Positions 9,136 through 18,449 of a stretch of DNA of 64,000 nucleotides are shown one piece after another. The DNA is from an uncultured Gemmatimonadales bacterium. GTDB lineage: Bacteria; Gemmatimonadota; Gemmatimonadetes; Gemmatimonadales; GWC2-71-9. Each line of letters opens with the position of its first letter. The stretch's first letter is position 1. The position numbers were made by a program, and so were the translations under genes. Below the pieces are notes generated by a model. That model worked only from the letters and a program-made list of their open reading frames with translations, did no database searches and had not been told where the DNA came from. The stretch is taken from positions 1,856,001 through 1,920,000 of the forward strand of contig CAWHFW010000005.1 of NCBI GenBank assembly GCA_963828735.1. The letters run 5' to 3'.

Positions 9136-10487
9136 TCAGGGAAACGGCCGCGGCCTCGGCTCGGGCCATGGCCAGGGATCCACATCGCTGTCCCGTCCCG
9201 CCACGCCGCGGATCGCCGCGGCACGCACCTCCGGGTCCTTCGACTCGAGCAGCTCCGTGAGCCGCTCGCTCCGCTCGCCCGAATGGATCAGCGCCCGCAC
9301 CTGCGCCTTCCGCGCGTCCGCGTCCTGCTCCTTGGCGAGCGCGGCGCGGAGGGCCGGGATGGCGGCCGCCGTCGCCGATCTCCGAGAGCGCCCACGCCGC
9401 TCTCGTGCGCACGTCGGTGTTCGCGTCGTCGACGGCGGCGATCAGGCCCTTCGGCGCCGAGCTCAGGTCGAACTGCCCCAGCGCCCACGCAGCGGTGCCG
9501 CGCACCTCGGCGTTCTTCTCCATCGCCAGCAGCTCGCCGAGCGCGCCCGCGGCCGATGCGTCGCCGTGCTCGCCGAGGGCCCAGACCGCGGTCTCGCGCA
9601 CGCTGTCGTTCGCGTCGTTCCTCGCCGCGGCGAGGAGCGCGTCGGCGCCGCGCTTCGTGTCCATCTCGCCCAGCGCCCAAGCGCACATCTCTCTTACCTC
9701 GGCGTCCTTGTCGGCACGGAGCGCGGCGGCGAGCGCGTCGGCGGCGTCGGCGGCCTCGAGCTGACCCAGCGCCCACGCGGCCGTGCGCCGCACCTCGGCG
9801 ACGGGATCGGTCTTGAGGATCCGAAGTAGGGCGGGGATGGCGCTGGTCGAGTCGAGGTGGCCCAGCGCGCCGGCAGCGGCCTCGCGCACGAGCGACGAGC
9901 TATCGCCGAGCGCGTCGGTCACCGGATGCACGGCGCGGCCGTCGCTCATGCGGCCAAGGGCCCAGATGGCGTTCGCCTTGGTGCCGGCGGAGGGGTCACG
10001 CACGGCGCGGACGAGGGGATCCACCGCGCTCGGCGTCTCGGCCAGGCCGAGGCCGAGCGCCGCGACGCTCCGCATCGCCGAGTCGGGTGACGCGAGGCGC
10101 TGCAGCAGTCCGGGGCCGACCTCATCCCCGCCCTGCGTGCCGAGCAGCCGCACGGCGATCTCGCGGACGCAGGCGTCGCGCGTGGAGAGGCTCTCGAGCA
10201 GGAAGCGCACGTCGTCGGCGGACATGTCGTAGCGGCGATGGCCGCGCGAATGGCGCGGGAGGCGGTGCGTCGCCGAGCGGCGTCACGGGCGCGTCGCTCG
10301 CGCCGCCGCCCCAGCCGTTGCCTACCGCGTCGGCTGCGAGGCCACAGACCTCGGCGGGCGCACCCTGCGCGGCGGCGATGAGGTCGCGGATGTTGTCGGC
10401 CGCGGCGCTCACGATCGTCGAGCCCCAGGGCTCCTTCCACAGCATGCCGAGAATGGCGAAGAGGGCGAAGCCGGCGTTGCGGAGCAT
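9136..10487 (-). CDS. Exported HEAT-repeat protein of about 449 aa, interrupted by two +1 frameshifts (near 10258 and 9370); pseudogene or sequencing error
   Basis: Hydrophobic N-terminus and repeated VR..AAWALG units. Removing one base at each site gives a continuous frame ending DPWPWPEPRPRPFP*. Confidence 0.8.
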
Positions 10488-10497
10488 AGGGTCTCCA

Positions 10498-10515
10498 GTG
10501 GTGAAATTTCAGCAC
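10498..10515. promoter_or_regulatory. Putative BlaI-family operator GTGGTGAAATTTCAGCAC
   Basis: Imperfect palindrome 10 nt upstream of the HEAT gene start; near-identical to 13150-13167. Confidence 0.7.
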
Positions 10516-10573
10516 TCATGATCATGCGCCGCCGGCGCCGCGAGACCGACATCGTCACGCGGCGGCCGGCAGA

Positions 10574-12694
10574 CTACTCGCGCTCGTGCTCGTCAGGGAA
10601 CGGTCGAGGCTCGGGGCGGGGCCAGGGCCAGGGTCCGGAGGCGCCGCCGCCCGCGAGCTCGGCGACCGCGGTGGCGCGGACCGCGGTATCGGACGAGGTG
10701 ACCAGCCGCTGGAGGACGTCCACCGCGCGGTCACCCATCGCGCCGAGTGCCCGGATGAGGCCGATCCGCACCTCCGCGTCGGTCTCGCGCTTGTAGGCGG
10801 CCTCGATCGCGGCGGTCGCATCGGAGTCGCCGATGTTGTAGAGCGCCCAGGCGGTCGAGAGGCGGACGTCGCGATCGCGATCGCCGAGGGCGGTCAGCAG
10901 GGCGGCGGGCGCCTTCGACGGCTCGCAGCTTCCGATGGACCACGCGGCCACTTCGCGGGTCTCGGCGTTCGCGTCGGTCAGGAGACCGGCCAGCGCCTCG
11001 ACCGCGCTCGCGTCGCCCACCTCGCCCAGCGCCCAGGTCGCAGTCCTGCGCACACTGGAATCCTTGTCCTGGCGCAGCGCCTTCGTCAGCGCGCCGGCGG
11101 CCGCGGAGCTCTCCTCGGCCTCGGCGAGCGACCACGCGGCCATCTCGCGGACGTCGGCGCTCGCGTCGCCAGCCAGAGCCGCGACCAGCGCGTCGACCGC
11201 GACGCGGATATCGCCGTAGTTATGCAGTCCCCACGCGGCGACGCGACGAACTTCGGCGCTCGAGTCGGTGCGAAGCATCTTCGCCAGCACCTCGGCGCGC
11301 TGGTCGGCGTGCGCCGCCGTGTCGGCCGCGAGCGACCGGAGGGTGCCTGCCGCGTCACGCATGGCCTTGTGCACGGGCGCGACGCTCGTCTGGGCTCTGG
11401 TCAGAGCGTTGCTGGCCTCGCGAAGCGACTCGCGCGTCGGTGCGGACAAGGCGCGAGCGCTGGTGGAGTGAACGATGCCGGTGTCGGGATCGGCGGCGTC
11501 GGGATTGGGATCCACGTCGGCGCCGGGCAGCCCGTCGGCGTGCGACGGCCCCGCCGTCGCCTCGGCGCTCGAATCCGCGGCCAGCCCCTGCACGGTGGGC
11601 TCGGAGATGCGCGCCACCGGCGCGGCCGCGCCGACGACGAGCGCCAGCGCGGCGAGCCCGCCGACCAACGCCGCGGTCTGCGCGCGGCCGAGGCTCCGGC
11701 GGCGGAGCTCCGGGTTGAGGATCGCCAGCATGCGTCCCTCGAACTCACGGCGGTGCGCCATGGCGAGCGCGACGGCGGGCGTGTTGTGATCGCGGACGCA
11801 GGTGACGATGTCGAGCAGGTGCTCCGCGTAGTCGCTCGGCCGGGCGCCGAAGATCAGCGCCAGGTCGTCGCACGCGCGCTCGCTCTCCGCGCGGAGGCGG
11901 CGGGCGGCAGTCCAGACGAGGGGATGGAACCAGTAGAGCGCGCAGGCCACGCGGCCGAGCGTGTGGCCGATGAGGTCCCGCCGGCGCACGTGGCCCAGCT
12001 CGTGGATCAGCACGGCGCTGCGGCGCTCGGCGCTCCACTCGTCGCTTTCGGCGGGGAGCACGATGGTCGAGGAGAGGAGGCCGGCGGCGAACGGCATCTT
12101 CACGTCGTCGCTTCGGAGGAGCCGGGGCGCGGCGTCGAGCCCGAGGCGATCGGCGATCTCGTAGAGCGGCGCCCGCCACGACGGGTCGTCGAGCGGACGC
12201 GCGCGGGCGACGATGCGGCGGACGGACCACGCGCCCCAAGCAAGATGGAGTGCGAGCGCCAGGGCGACGGCGGCCCAGACGGCGGCGAGGACGGTGTGCG
12301 GTGAGCGGTCCAGCGGTGAGCGGGTGGTACGCTCGGGCGCGGCCGCGAGCGGGCCTGCGACCGGCGCGTCGGTCGTTGCCGGGGTGCTGACGGAGGAAGG
12401 CGGTGGGTCTGACACAGACGTTCGGACGTCAGCCTCAGCGAAGCGAAGGTGCGAAGCCTCGGCTCCAGACAGGCCCGCCACTTCCTGCGGCAGCACCGGC
12501 AGCGGCAGCGGTGCCCACGCCGCCACGGCCGGCAGCGCCAGTAGCCCGATCAGCGCCACGAGCCACACGAGATGCCGCGAGCCTGCGGAGGCGCGCTGCA
12601 GGAGGAGCGACGCGGCGAGGGCCACGACGAGCAGGCAGGTCGCCTTGAGCAGCAGAACCAGCGCCGGGAACGCGGACGACAGCGTGATGTCCAT
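10574..12694 (-). CDS. BlaR1-like M56 metallopeptidase sensor with C-terminal HEAT repeats
   Basis: TM helices, HELGH, WFHPLVW and ESERACDD; HEAT units VR..AAW.L; directly downstream of blaI. Confidence 0.92.
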   Translation of the reverse strand: MDITLSSAFPALVLLLKATCLLVVALAASLLLQRASAGSRHLVWLVALIGLLALPAVAAWAPLPLPVLPQEVAGLSGAEASHLRFAEADVRTSVSDPPPSSVSTPATTDAPVAGPLAAAPERTTRSPLDRSPHTVLAAVWAAVALALALHLAWGAWSVRRIVARARPLDDPSWRAPLYEIADRLGLDAAPRLLRSDDVKMPFAAGLLSSTIVLPAESDEWSAERRSAVLIHELGHVRRRDLIGHTLGRVACALYWFHPLVWTAARRLRAESERACDDLALIFGARPSDYAEHLLDIVTCVRDHNTPAVALAMAHRREFEGRMLAILNPELRRRSLGRAQTAALVGGLAALALVVGAAAPVARISEPTVQGLAADSSAEATAGPSHADGLPGADVDPNPDAADPDTGIVHSTSARALSAPTRESLREASNALTRAQTSVAPVHKAMRDAAGTLRSLAADTAAHADQRAEVLAKMLRTDSSAEVRRVAAWGLHNYGDIRVAVDALVAALAGDASADVREMAAWSLAEAEESSAAAGALTKALRQDKDSSVRRTATWALGEVGDASAVEALAGLLTDANAETREVAAWSIGSCEPSKAPAALLTALGDRDRDVRLSTAWALYNIGDSDATAAIEAAYKRETDAEVRIGLIRALGAMGDRAVDVLQRLVTSSDTAVRATAVAELAGGGASGPWPWPRPEPRPFPDEHERE

Positions 12695-12702
12695 GACGTC
12701 CT

Positions 12703-13095
12703 CTACCTCCCGCTCAGCCGCGCGCGCCGGATCTTGTCGCGCAAGCGGGCGAGCTCGGCGTCATCCATGTCGGCGTCCGAGAGCCGGAGGAGGGCGGTGA
12801 CGGCCTGCTCGGTGGACCCGGCGAAGTAGGTGTGGACGACGTGGGCGAGCACGTCGTCGCGGGCCTTGTCGGTCGGCTTCGCGGGGGCGTAGACGTAGCG
12901 CGGGCCGTCCTCCTTGTGCGCGATCAGGCCCTTCTCGCCGAGGATCCGGAGGATGGAGCGGACGGCGGAATAGGTCGGCGGGTCGGGGAGCGCCTGCAGG
13001 ATCTCGGCAACGGTGGACTCGCCGCGGCGGTGGAGGATCTCCATGACCTGGCGCTCGCGGCGGCTCAAGTCTTCGGTGGGTGGGCGCTTGGGCAT
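12703..13095 (-). CDS. BlaI/MecI/CopY family transcriptional repressor
   Basis: Motifs LSRRERQVMEIL, TYSAVRSILRIL.EKG and GPRYVY. Confidence 0.93.
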   Translation of the reverse strand: MPKRPPTEDLSRRERQVMEILHRRGESTVAEILQALPDPPTYSAVRSILRILGEKGLIAHKEDGPRYVYAPAKPTDKARDDVLAHVVHTYFAGSTEQAVTALLRLSDADMDDAELARLRDKIRRARLSGR

Positions 13096-13149
13096 GGTCG
13101 CTGACCGTCTCGGGACGTTGTGATTCATGGCCGGCAGGGGCCGACTCGT

Positions 13150-13184
13150 GTGCTGATATTTCAACACTCAAGAGGAAATGTCAA
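13150..13184 (-). promoter_or_regulatory. Putative operator GTGCTGATATTTCAACAC (13150-13167) and TTGACA -35 box (13184-13179) of blaI
   Basis: The palindrome overlaps the expected -10 position 17 nt downstream of TTGACA. Confidence 0.7.
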
Positions 13185-13325
13185 GAGTCCGAGCGGGAGG
13201 TCTGATCCTTCAATCGAATTTGTGCGAGCTCGCGGATTGTTCTCAAAGCCTTCGCGCACATGGCTCCCACGCGGCCTTCCGTCATGGACTGGAGCGGCAT
13301 GAGACCTGGGCCGGGCCGCGCAGGG

Positions 13326-13811
13326 TCATCGGCTCCGGCCGCCCGGCGGCGTGGGCCGGTCTGCGTCGCGCCGCCGCGGATCGACCACGCGCGTTGGCTC
13401 CGACTGGTCCCGGCGACTCGTCGGCCACGAGATCGGCGCGGGTGGCAACGGCGGCGCGCCCTCGGCAGCTCCGCTGCTCACCGAACCGTGCGCCAGCTCC
13501 CCAGCGGCCTCGACCTCGCGGCTCCAGCGCCAGGTGAGCGCCAGCAGCAGCGGCGGACCCGCCACCCACATGACGAGCGCGACGAGCGACGTGCTGCCGG
13601 ACCACAGCACCTTGGCGTCCTGCGCGATCGTCAGGTGCAGCATCAGGTCCTGCAGGCCGGCGGAAATGGCACCGTGCCCGGGCGGCAGGCGGCTCACCCA
13701 CCATGCGGCGAGGACGGCGGAGCCGAGCTTGACGGCGGCGAGACCGAGCCAGTACGCCGCGTTCAGCAACGCGATGTGAAGCGGCCGGAGCCGCGAGAGT
13801 GACCAGCGCAT
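13326..13811 (-). CDS. Hypothetical membrane protein
   Basis: 2-3 hydrophobic segments; GGAGG RBS before the ATG at 13811. Confidence 0.55.
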   Translation of the reverse strand: MRWSLSRLRPLHIALLNAAYWLGLAAVKLGSAVLAAWWVSRLPPGHGAISAGLQDLMLHLTIAQDAKVLWSGSTSLVALVMWVAGPPLLLALTWRWSREVEAAGELAHGSVSSGAAEGAPPLPPAPISWPTSRRDQSEPTRVVDPRRRDADRPTPPGGRSR

Positions 13812-13957
13812 GGAGCCTCCCTGCATTCTTCAAACCTGTCGCCTTGGGCCAGGCGGGTACGATGCGGCGCCGAAACCTCCAGGCAACATACGAGGCCAGC
13901 CCGCAGGGAGTTCTGCCTATGCCGCTGTCAGGACGCCACGAGCGCCGCCCGACACCA

Positions 13958-15637
13958 TCAACGGGTGCCCGCCGGTCCGATGTCCGACAGATATCGCGTC
14001 AGAGCATCGGTGGACAGCGGCTGCCCAGTGGCGCGCCGAATCTTCTCCGGCCACGGGATCGACGCCCCCGGCGCGTAGAAATGCTGGGTAAGCCACCCCG
14101 CCACTCGCGGCTCCTGTGTGAGATCCTCGACCCCGAACTGCTTTCGCATCGCCTCGCGGAGCTGGGCGGCGATCATGTCGGCGTACAGGTACGACTGGAA
14201 GTAGAGCGGCGTCGTCGCAAGCATGTCGCGCGTGCCGACGAAGTCGCCCGGCGGGAGATCGACGCCGACGAACCGACGGTAGGTCGCCGCGTACAACGAA
14301 TCGAGATCGGCGCCCGGCCGCTGGTAGTGCGTGACCTCGAAATAGGCGTTGAGCGCGATGGTGCGGCGAAGCCAGAGAAGGAGCTGCATCTTGCCAACGC
14401 GCTCGAGCGCGGCCGCGCGGTCCGCCGGCTGGTGGGCCGCCCGCTCAAGCCAGTGACGGTCATAGGCCAGGTGGCCCAGCGTTTCGGCCAGCCCCTCGCT
14501 GAGTGGGGTCTCATCGCCGCGGAGGAACGCGGCCGGCAGGTCCGGCCGCATGAGCACCGCATTCGCGGCATGGCCGTACTCGTGGAAGAGCGTCGCGTAG
14601 AAATGGGAGCCGTTGAACGGGTTGGTCAGCAGGCGCGCCTCGAACGCCGGTCGAACCGGGAAGGTGACACCGCCGGTCGGCACGTCCCACACCTTGACGT
14701 CGATCGGCAGACTGTCGTACGCGTACCCGATGCCGCGCATCAGATCCCGCAGGCGCGCCAGGCCCTCCGCCTTGGGCCAGGCGTCCGTGCCCGCGGCCTC
14801 CTCCTGGCGGTGCAGCCAGTAGTCGATGTCCCACGGCTCGAGGCGCTCGACGCCGAGATCCCGGCGCGCCCGGTCGAGCAGCGCGAGATACGAGGCGCGC
14901 GTGGACTGCTCGAAGGCGTCCAGGTCCCTGAGGACCTGGCCCGACTCGAGGCTCGAATTGACCAGCCCCGCCGCTGCACCGTTGGCGAAGCCCTCCGACC
15001 GCCCGATCCGATCGTAGAGTCCCATCGTCTTCACCATCGCGGCGCGGGTGTGCGCGGAGACCTGCGGCCGCGCCCGGAAGGCCGCCTCACGGAGCGAGCG
15101 GTCGGCACTGCTGTCGATGAGCCCGGTGAGCGCCGTGACCGTGAGCTGCGTGCCGCGGAACTCGAAGCGGAAGGCGGTCACGGTGTCCTGCAGCGCGGCC
15201 TGCTGGTCCACCAGCGCGAGCGCGAGGCGGGGATCCGCCCGCGAGACCAGGAAGTCGCGATGGTGCAGCTCGAGCCGTCGCGCGAGGGTGCTGTCGGCCA
15301 CCTTGCCGCGCCACCGGTCGATTACGGCAGCGTAGTCGCGCCGGGTCAGCACGTCCGTCACGAGGCGTGCGAAGGGCGCCGCGTAGTGGTGCGCCTCGCC
15401 CTTCCACTGGTAGTAAGCCTCAAGGACGTTCGCCTCGAAGAGCATCAGCTCCTGCGCCTCCAGCTCGTCGAGGAAGCGGCCCAGCTGGGGCTCGGTTCGG
15501 ACGGCTGGCGGCGGCCCGCCGAGGGTCAGCCGGGCCGGCGAGGTCGCGGGAACCTGGGCGGCGACCCGGCCGACCAAGCCGGCCATCGCAAGAAGGGCGC
15601 ACGAGAACGAGAGCCGAAGCGGACGGCTATGGGGCAT
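13958..15637 (-). CDS. Exported gluzincin metallopeptidase (M3/M2-like)
   Basis: Signal peptide; HEYGH with downstream SEGLAE; YFQSYLYA. Confidence 0.82.
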   Translation of the reverse strand: MPHSRPLRLSFSCALLAMAGLVGRVAAQVPATSPARLTLGGPPPAVRTEPQLGRFLDELEAQELMLFEANVLEAYYQWKGEAHHYAAPFARLVTDVLTRRDYAAVIDRWRGKVADSTLARRLELHHRDFLVSRADPRLALALVDQQAALQDTVTAFRFEFRGTQLTVTALTGLIDSSADRSLREAAFRARPQVSAHTRAAMVKTMGLYDRIGRSEGFANGAAAGLVNSSLESGQVLRDLDAFEQSTRASYLALLDRARRDLGVERLEPWDIDYWLHRQEEAAGTDAWPKAEGLARLRDLMRGIGYAYDSLPIDVKVWDVPTGGVTFPVRPAFEARLLTNPFNGSHFYATLFHEYGHAANAVLMRPDLPAAFLRGDETPLSEGLAETLGHLAYDRHWLERAAHQPADRAAALERVGKMQLLLWLRRTIALNAYFEVTHYQRPGADLDSLYAATYRRFVGVDLPPGDFVGTRDMLATTPLYFQSYLYADMIAAQLREAMRKQFGVEDLTQEPRVAGWLTQHFYAPGASIPWPEKIRRATGQPLSTDALTRYLSDIGPAGTR

Positions 15638-15766
15638 GAAGGCGCTCTGTGGTCGATGGGGGACTGGTAGTATCACATGCTGACGGACGCCTGTCGAGCG
15701 ACCGGAGGCACCACCTGCACATCACCGCCGCCAGCGCCTGAGCCAATGCCTGTGCACCTCGCACCG

Positions 15767-17038
15767 TCAAGGTTGCGCCTGTGCCGCGGCGATTCCCGCG
15801 GCGCGCCCCGTCGCCCAGGCCCAGAGGAAGTTGTACCCGCCGATGGGCCCGAACGCGTCGAGCACCTCGCCGCAGATGTAGAGGGCGGAGGATCGGCGAC
15901 TCTCCAGCGTCCGCGGGTCCACCTCTGCCAGGCTGACCCCACCACCCGTCACCTCCGCCTTCTTGTATCCCTCGTCGCCGGACCAGGGCAGCTCGCCCAT
16001 CGTGAGCGTCTCGACCAGGCGGTTTCGCTCTTCCCTGCGGAGTTGGGCGAGCGTGGTCGCCGGCGCCACGCCTGCGGCCGCCATTAGGGCGTCGGCCAGC
16101 CGCTCCGGAAGCGCACGTCGGATCACGCCGCCCACGCTTCGTGTCCCCTCGGCGCGGAGCGCCCGGGCCCACCCGTCCTCGTCGAGCGCGGACCACTTGA
16201 CCCTGAGCCGCGCCGAGCGTGGCCCGGTTTCGCCATCCCGTGTGATCACGTGCGAGACGTCGAGCACCGAGGGACCGCTGTAGCCGTGGTGGGTGAACAG
16301 GAAGCCGCCGGTCGCGGTGGCGTGTCGCGCGTCCGAGCGCGCGGTGACCGTTACGGGTAGCGAAACGCCGGCAAGCGACGCGAACACGCCTGCGGCGTCC
16401 GTGACCGGCGTCAGCGCGGCGTAGGTCGGGTGCAGAACGTGGCCGAGGCGCCGGAGGATCGCGAGCCCGGTCCCGTCGCTACCGGTCTTCGGCACCGAGA
16501 GCCCGCCGGCCGCCATGACGACGGCGTCCACCTCCAGCGGAGCGGCACCGTCCGAGAGCACCCGCCAGCCGTTCTCGCTCGGGAGCAGATCGGTGACCAG
16601 CATGTTCGGCAGAAATCGGGCGCCCCGCCGCGCGGCGAGGGTCAGCAAGCCGTCCCGCACGTCGCGAGCGCGGTTCGAGGCCGGGAAGAGCTTCGCGGTC
16701 TCCTCTTCCTCGACCAACCGCATCCCCAGCTCGCGCTCGAAGAAGGCGATCTGCTCGGCGAGCGGCCACGACCGGAGGATCTTGCGGAGGGAGTTCGGGG
16801 ACGAGTCGGTGACGAAGCGGCGCTCGTCCACGCGCGCCGGGAGGATGTTGCAGCGGCCGCCGCCGCTGATGAGGATCTTCCGGCCGCCGTCGGCGGTGCG
16901 CTCGAGGAGCAGGGTTTCCGCGCCGTGGGTCGCGGCGAAGATCGCGGCGAGGGTTCCGGCGGCGCCCGCGCCGATGACGGCGACGCGTCGGCGCGTCGCG
17001 GCCGCGTGAGAGCCCCGGCCTGTGACGTGCTCGTGCAT
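15767..17038 (-). CDS. HI0933/YhiN family flavoprotein
   Basis: Motifs GAGAAG, GRKILISGGGRCN, VTGGGV and GEVLD..G.IGGYN. Confidence 0.92.
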   Translation of the reverse strand: MHEHVTGRGSHAAATRRRVAVIGAGAAGTLAAIFAATHGAETLLLERTADGGRKILISGGGRCNILPARVDERRFVTDSSPNSLRKILRSWPLAEQIAFFERELGMRLVEEEETAKLFPASNRARDVRDGLLTLAARRGARFLPNMLVTDLLPSENGWRVLSDGAAPLEVDAVVMAAGGLSVPKTGSDGTGLAILRRLGHVLHPTYAALTPVTDAAGVFASLAGVSLPVTVTARSDARHATATGGFLFTHHGYSGPSVLDVSHVITRDGETGPRSARLRVKWSALDEDGWARALRAEGTRSVGGVIRRALPERLADALMAAAGVAPATTLAQLRREERNRLVETLTMGELPWSGDEGYKKAEVTGGGVSLAEVDPRTLESRRSSALYICGEVLDAFGPIGGYNFLWAWATGRAAGIAAAQAQP

Positions 17039-17053
17039 GCGAGGCGGCCCGGC

Positions 17054-17422
17054 TCAGCCGCTGCCCGGCACGTCTTCCAGCCTGGAGAAGACTGCCAACC
17101 CGCGATCCCGGGCGATGCGCACCATCAGGTCGGCTCCCTGCGACGCGCCGCCGACCCGGAGCACAGCGTCGCACCGGGCCAACAGCCGCTCCGCGATCGG
17201 GTGGAAGATCTCGTCGAACGCGGCGTCTCCCACCCGCTGCGAGCCCGCCAGCGTGACGAGCGGGAGGGCGAGCCATTCGCCGACGACCGGAACATGCCCG
17301 GCCCGAAACAGCGGAAGCGCGACGGCCTCCATCGCGCGCAGATTCTCCGCCAGCCTGGCCGGATCATCGCCGGTGCCCGAGCGGTATGGTCCCGCCACGA
17401 GAATCATGAGGGATGCTTGCAT
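17054..17422 (-). CDS. DUF4406-like / nucleoside 2-deoxyribosyltransferase-fold small protein
   Basis: Motifs ILVAGPYRSGT, GH.PVVGEW and CDAVLRVGGASQGAD. Confidence 0.75.
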   Translation of the reverse strand: MQASLMILVAGPYRSGTGDDPARLAENLRAMEAVALPLFRAGHVPVVGEWLALPLVTLAGSQRVGDAAFDEIFHPIAERLLARCDAVLRVGGASQGADLMVRIARDRGLAVFSRLEDVPGSG

Positions 17423-17462
17423 GGTATCGCCGGGACCTCGTGGTCGCGCAGGTTGTGAGCCA

Positions 17463-18395
17463 TCAGCGGGCCATTCGGGACGCATGGGTGGCGGAGCCGA
17501 TCGTGCCGGCGCCACAGCTCTCGAGAAACGATTCCACCGCCGGGGATAGTGGCCCGTCGGCGGTACACAGCGCCAGCCCATACTCGGGTGCCGCCCCCGT
17601 CAGCTCCCGATACCGCACTCGAGGGAAGCGCAGCCGGCTGACGCCGGCCGGCGCGATGGCCACCCCGATTCCGGCAGCCACCAGGCTGATCGCCGCCTGC
17701 CACGAGCCCGCCTCGGCCACGATCGAGAGGCTTACGCCCGCCGCCTGCACGTCGCGCATCATCTGGTCGTACATGTCGGCCGCGGACCACCGGACCACCG
17801 ACACGACGGGCTCCCGGGCCAGCTCGCGCAGCCGGATCTTCCGCATCTTCGCCAGCGGGTGGTCGGTCGGCAGCGCTGCGACGAAGGGCTCACGCCAGGT
17901 TCGGTGGATCCGCAGGCCGGGCTCGGTCACGGGCTCGCTGAGGAAGCCGACGTCGAAATCGCCGTGCCGGAGCTGGGACGCGCCGGGCACGGTAGAGATC
18001 TCGTGCAGCGAGAGGCGCACGCGGGGGTACTCCGACCGGAAGGTCTTCAGCAGGTCCGGCACGACCATCAGCATCCCGATCATCGCATAGCCGATATCGA
18101 TCGTGCCCAGCTCTCCGCGGCCGAGCGCGTGGACCCGGTGCACTCCGCGCTGGAGCTCGCCCAGGGTCTTCCGGGCGGACTCGAGGAACGCGGCGCCGGC
18201 CTCGGTCAGCTCGACGCGGCGGCTGGTGCGGAGGAAGAGCGGCGAGCCGACGACTTCCTCCAAGGCCTTGATCTTCTGGCTCAGGAACGGCTGCGCGATG
18301 CCGAGGCGAGTGGCCGCGCGCCCGAAGTGCAGCTCCTCGGCGAGGGTCGCGAAGTAGCGGAGGGCGCTGAGGCCTAGGCGATCGGCGATATCCAT
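17463..18395 (-). CDS. LysR family transcriptional regulator
   Basis: HTH LRYF..LAEELHFGRAA.RLGIAQP.LSQ.IK.LE; divergent from the symporter. Confidence 0.94.
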   Translation of the reverse strand: MDIADRLGLSALRYFATLAEELHFGRAATRLGIAQPFLSQKIKALEEVVGSPLFLRTSRRVELTEAGAAFLESARKTLGELQRGVHRVHALGRGELGTIDIGYAMIGMLMVVPDLLKTFRSEYPRVRLSLHEISTVPGASQLRHGDFDVGFLSEPVTEPGLRIHRTWREPFVAALPTDHPLAKMRKIRLRELAREPVVSVVRWSAADMYDQMMRDVQAAGVSLSIVAEAGSWQAAISLVAAGIGVAIAPAGVSRLRFPRVRYRELTGAAPEYGLALCTADGPLSPAVESFLESCGAGTIGSATHASRMAR

Positions 18396-18449
18396 ACCGC
18401 TATTGATACATAGTAACTGAGTATTGGACAAGAATGGGTGCTCGTTGCC

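Noticed and set aside
9139..9177. Resemblance of the PWPWP/PRP tail to Pro/Trp-rich antimicrobial peptides
   Set aside because: Compositional similarity only; no processing site or export evidence supports a released peptide.
18396..18437. LysR box in the AT-rich spacer (ATAC-N11-GTAT at 18406-18424)
   Set aside because: The location is plausible, but the spacing does not fit the classic T-N11-A dyad; too weak to call.
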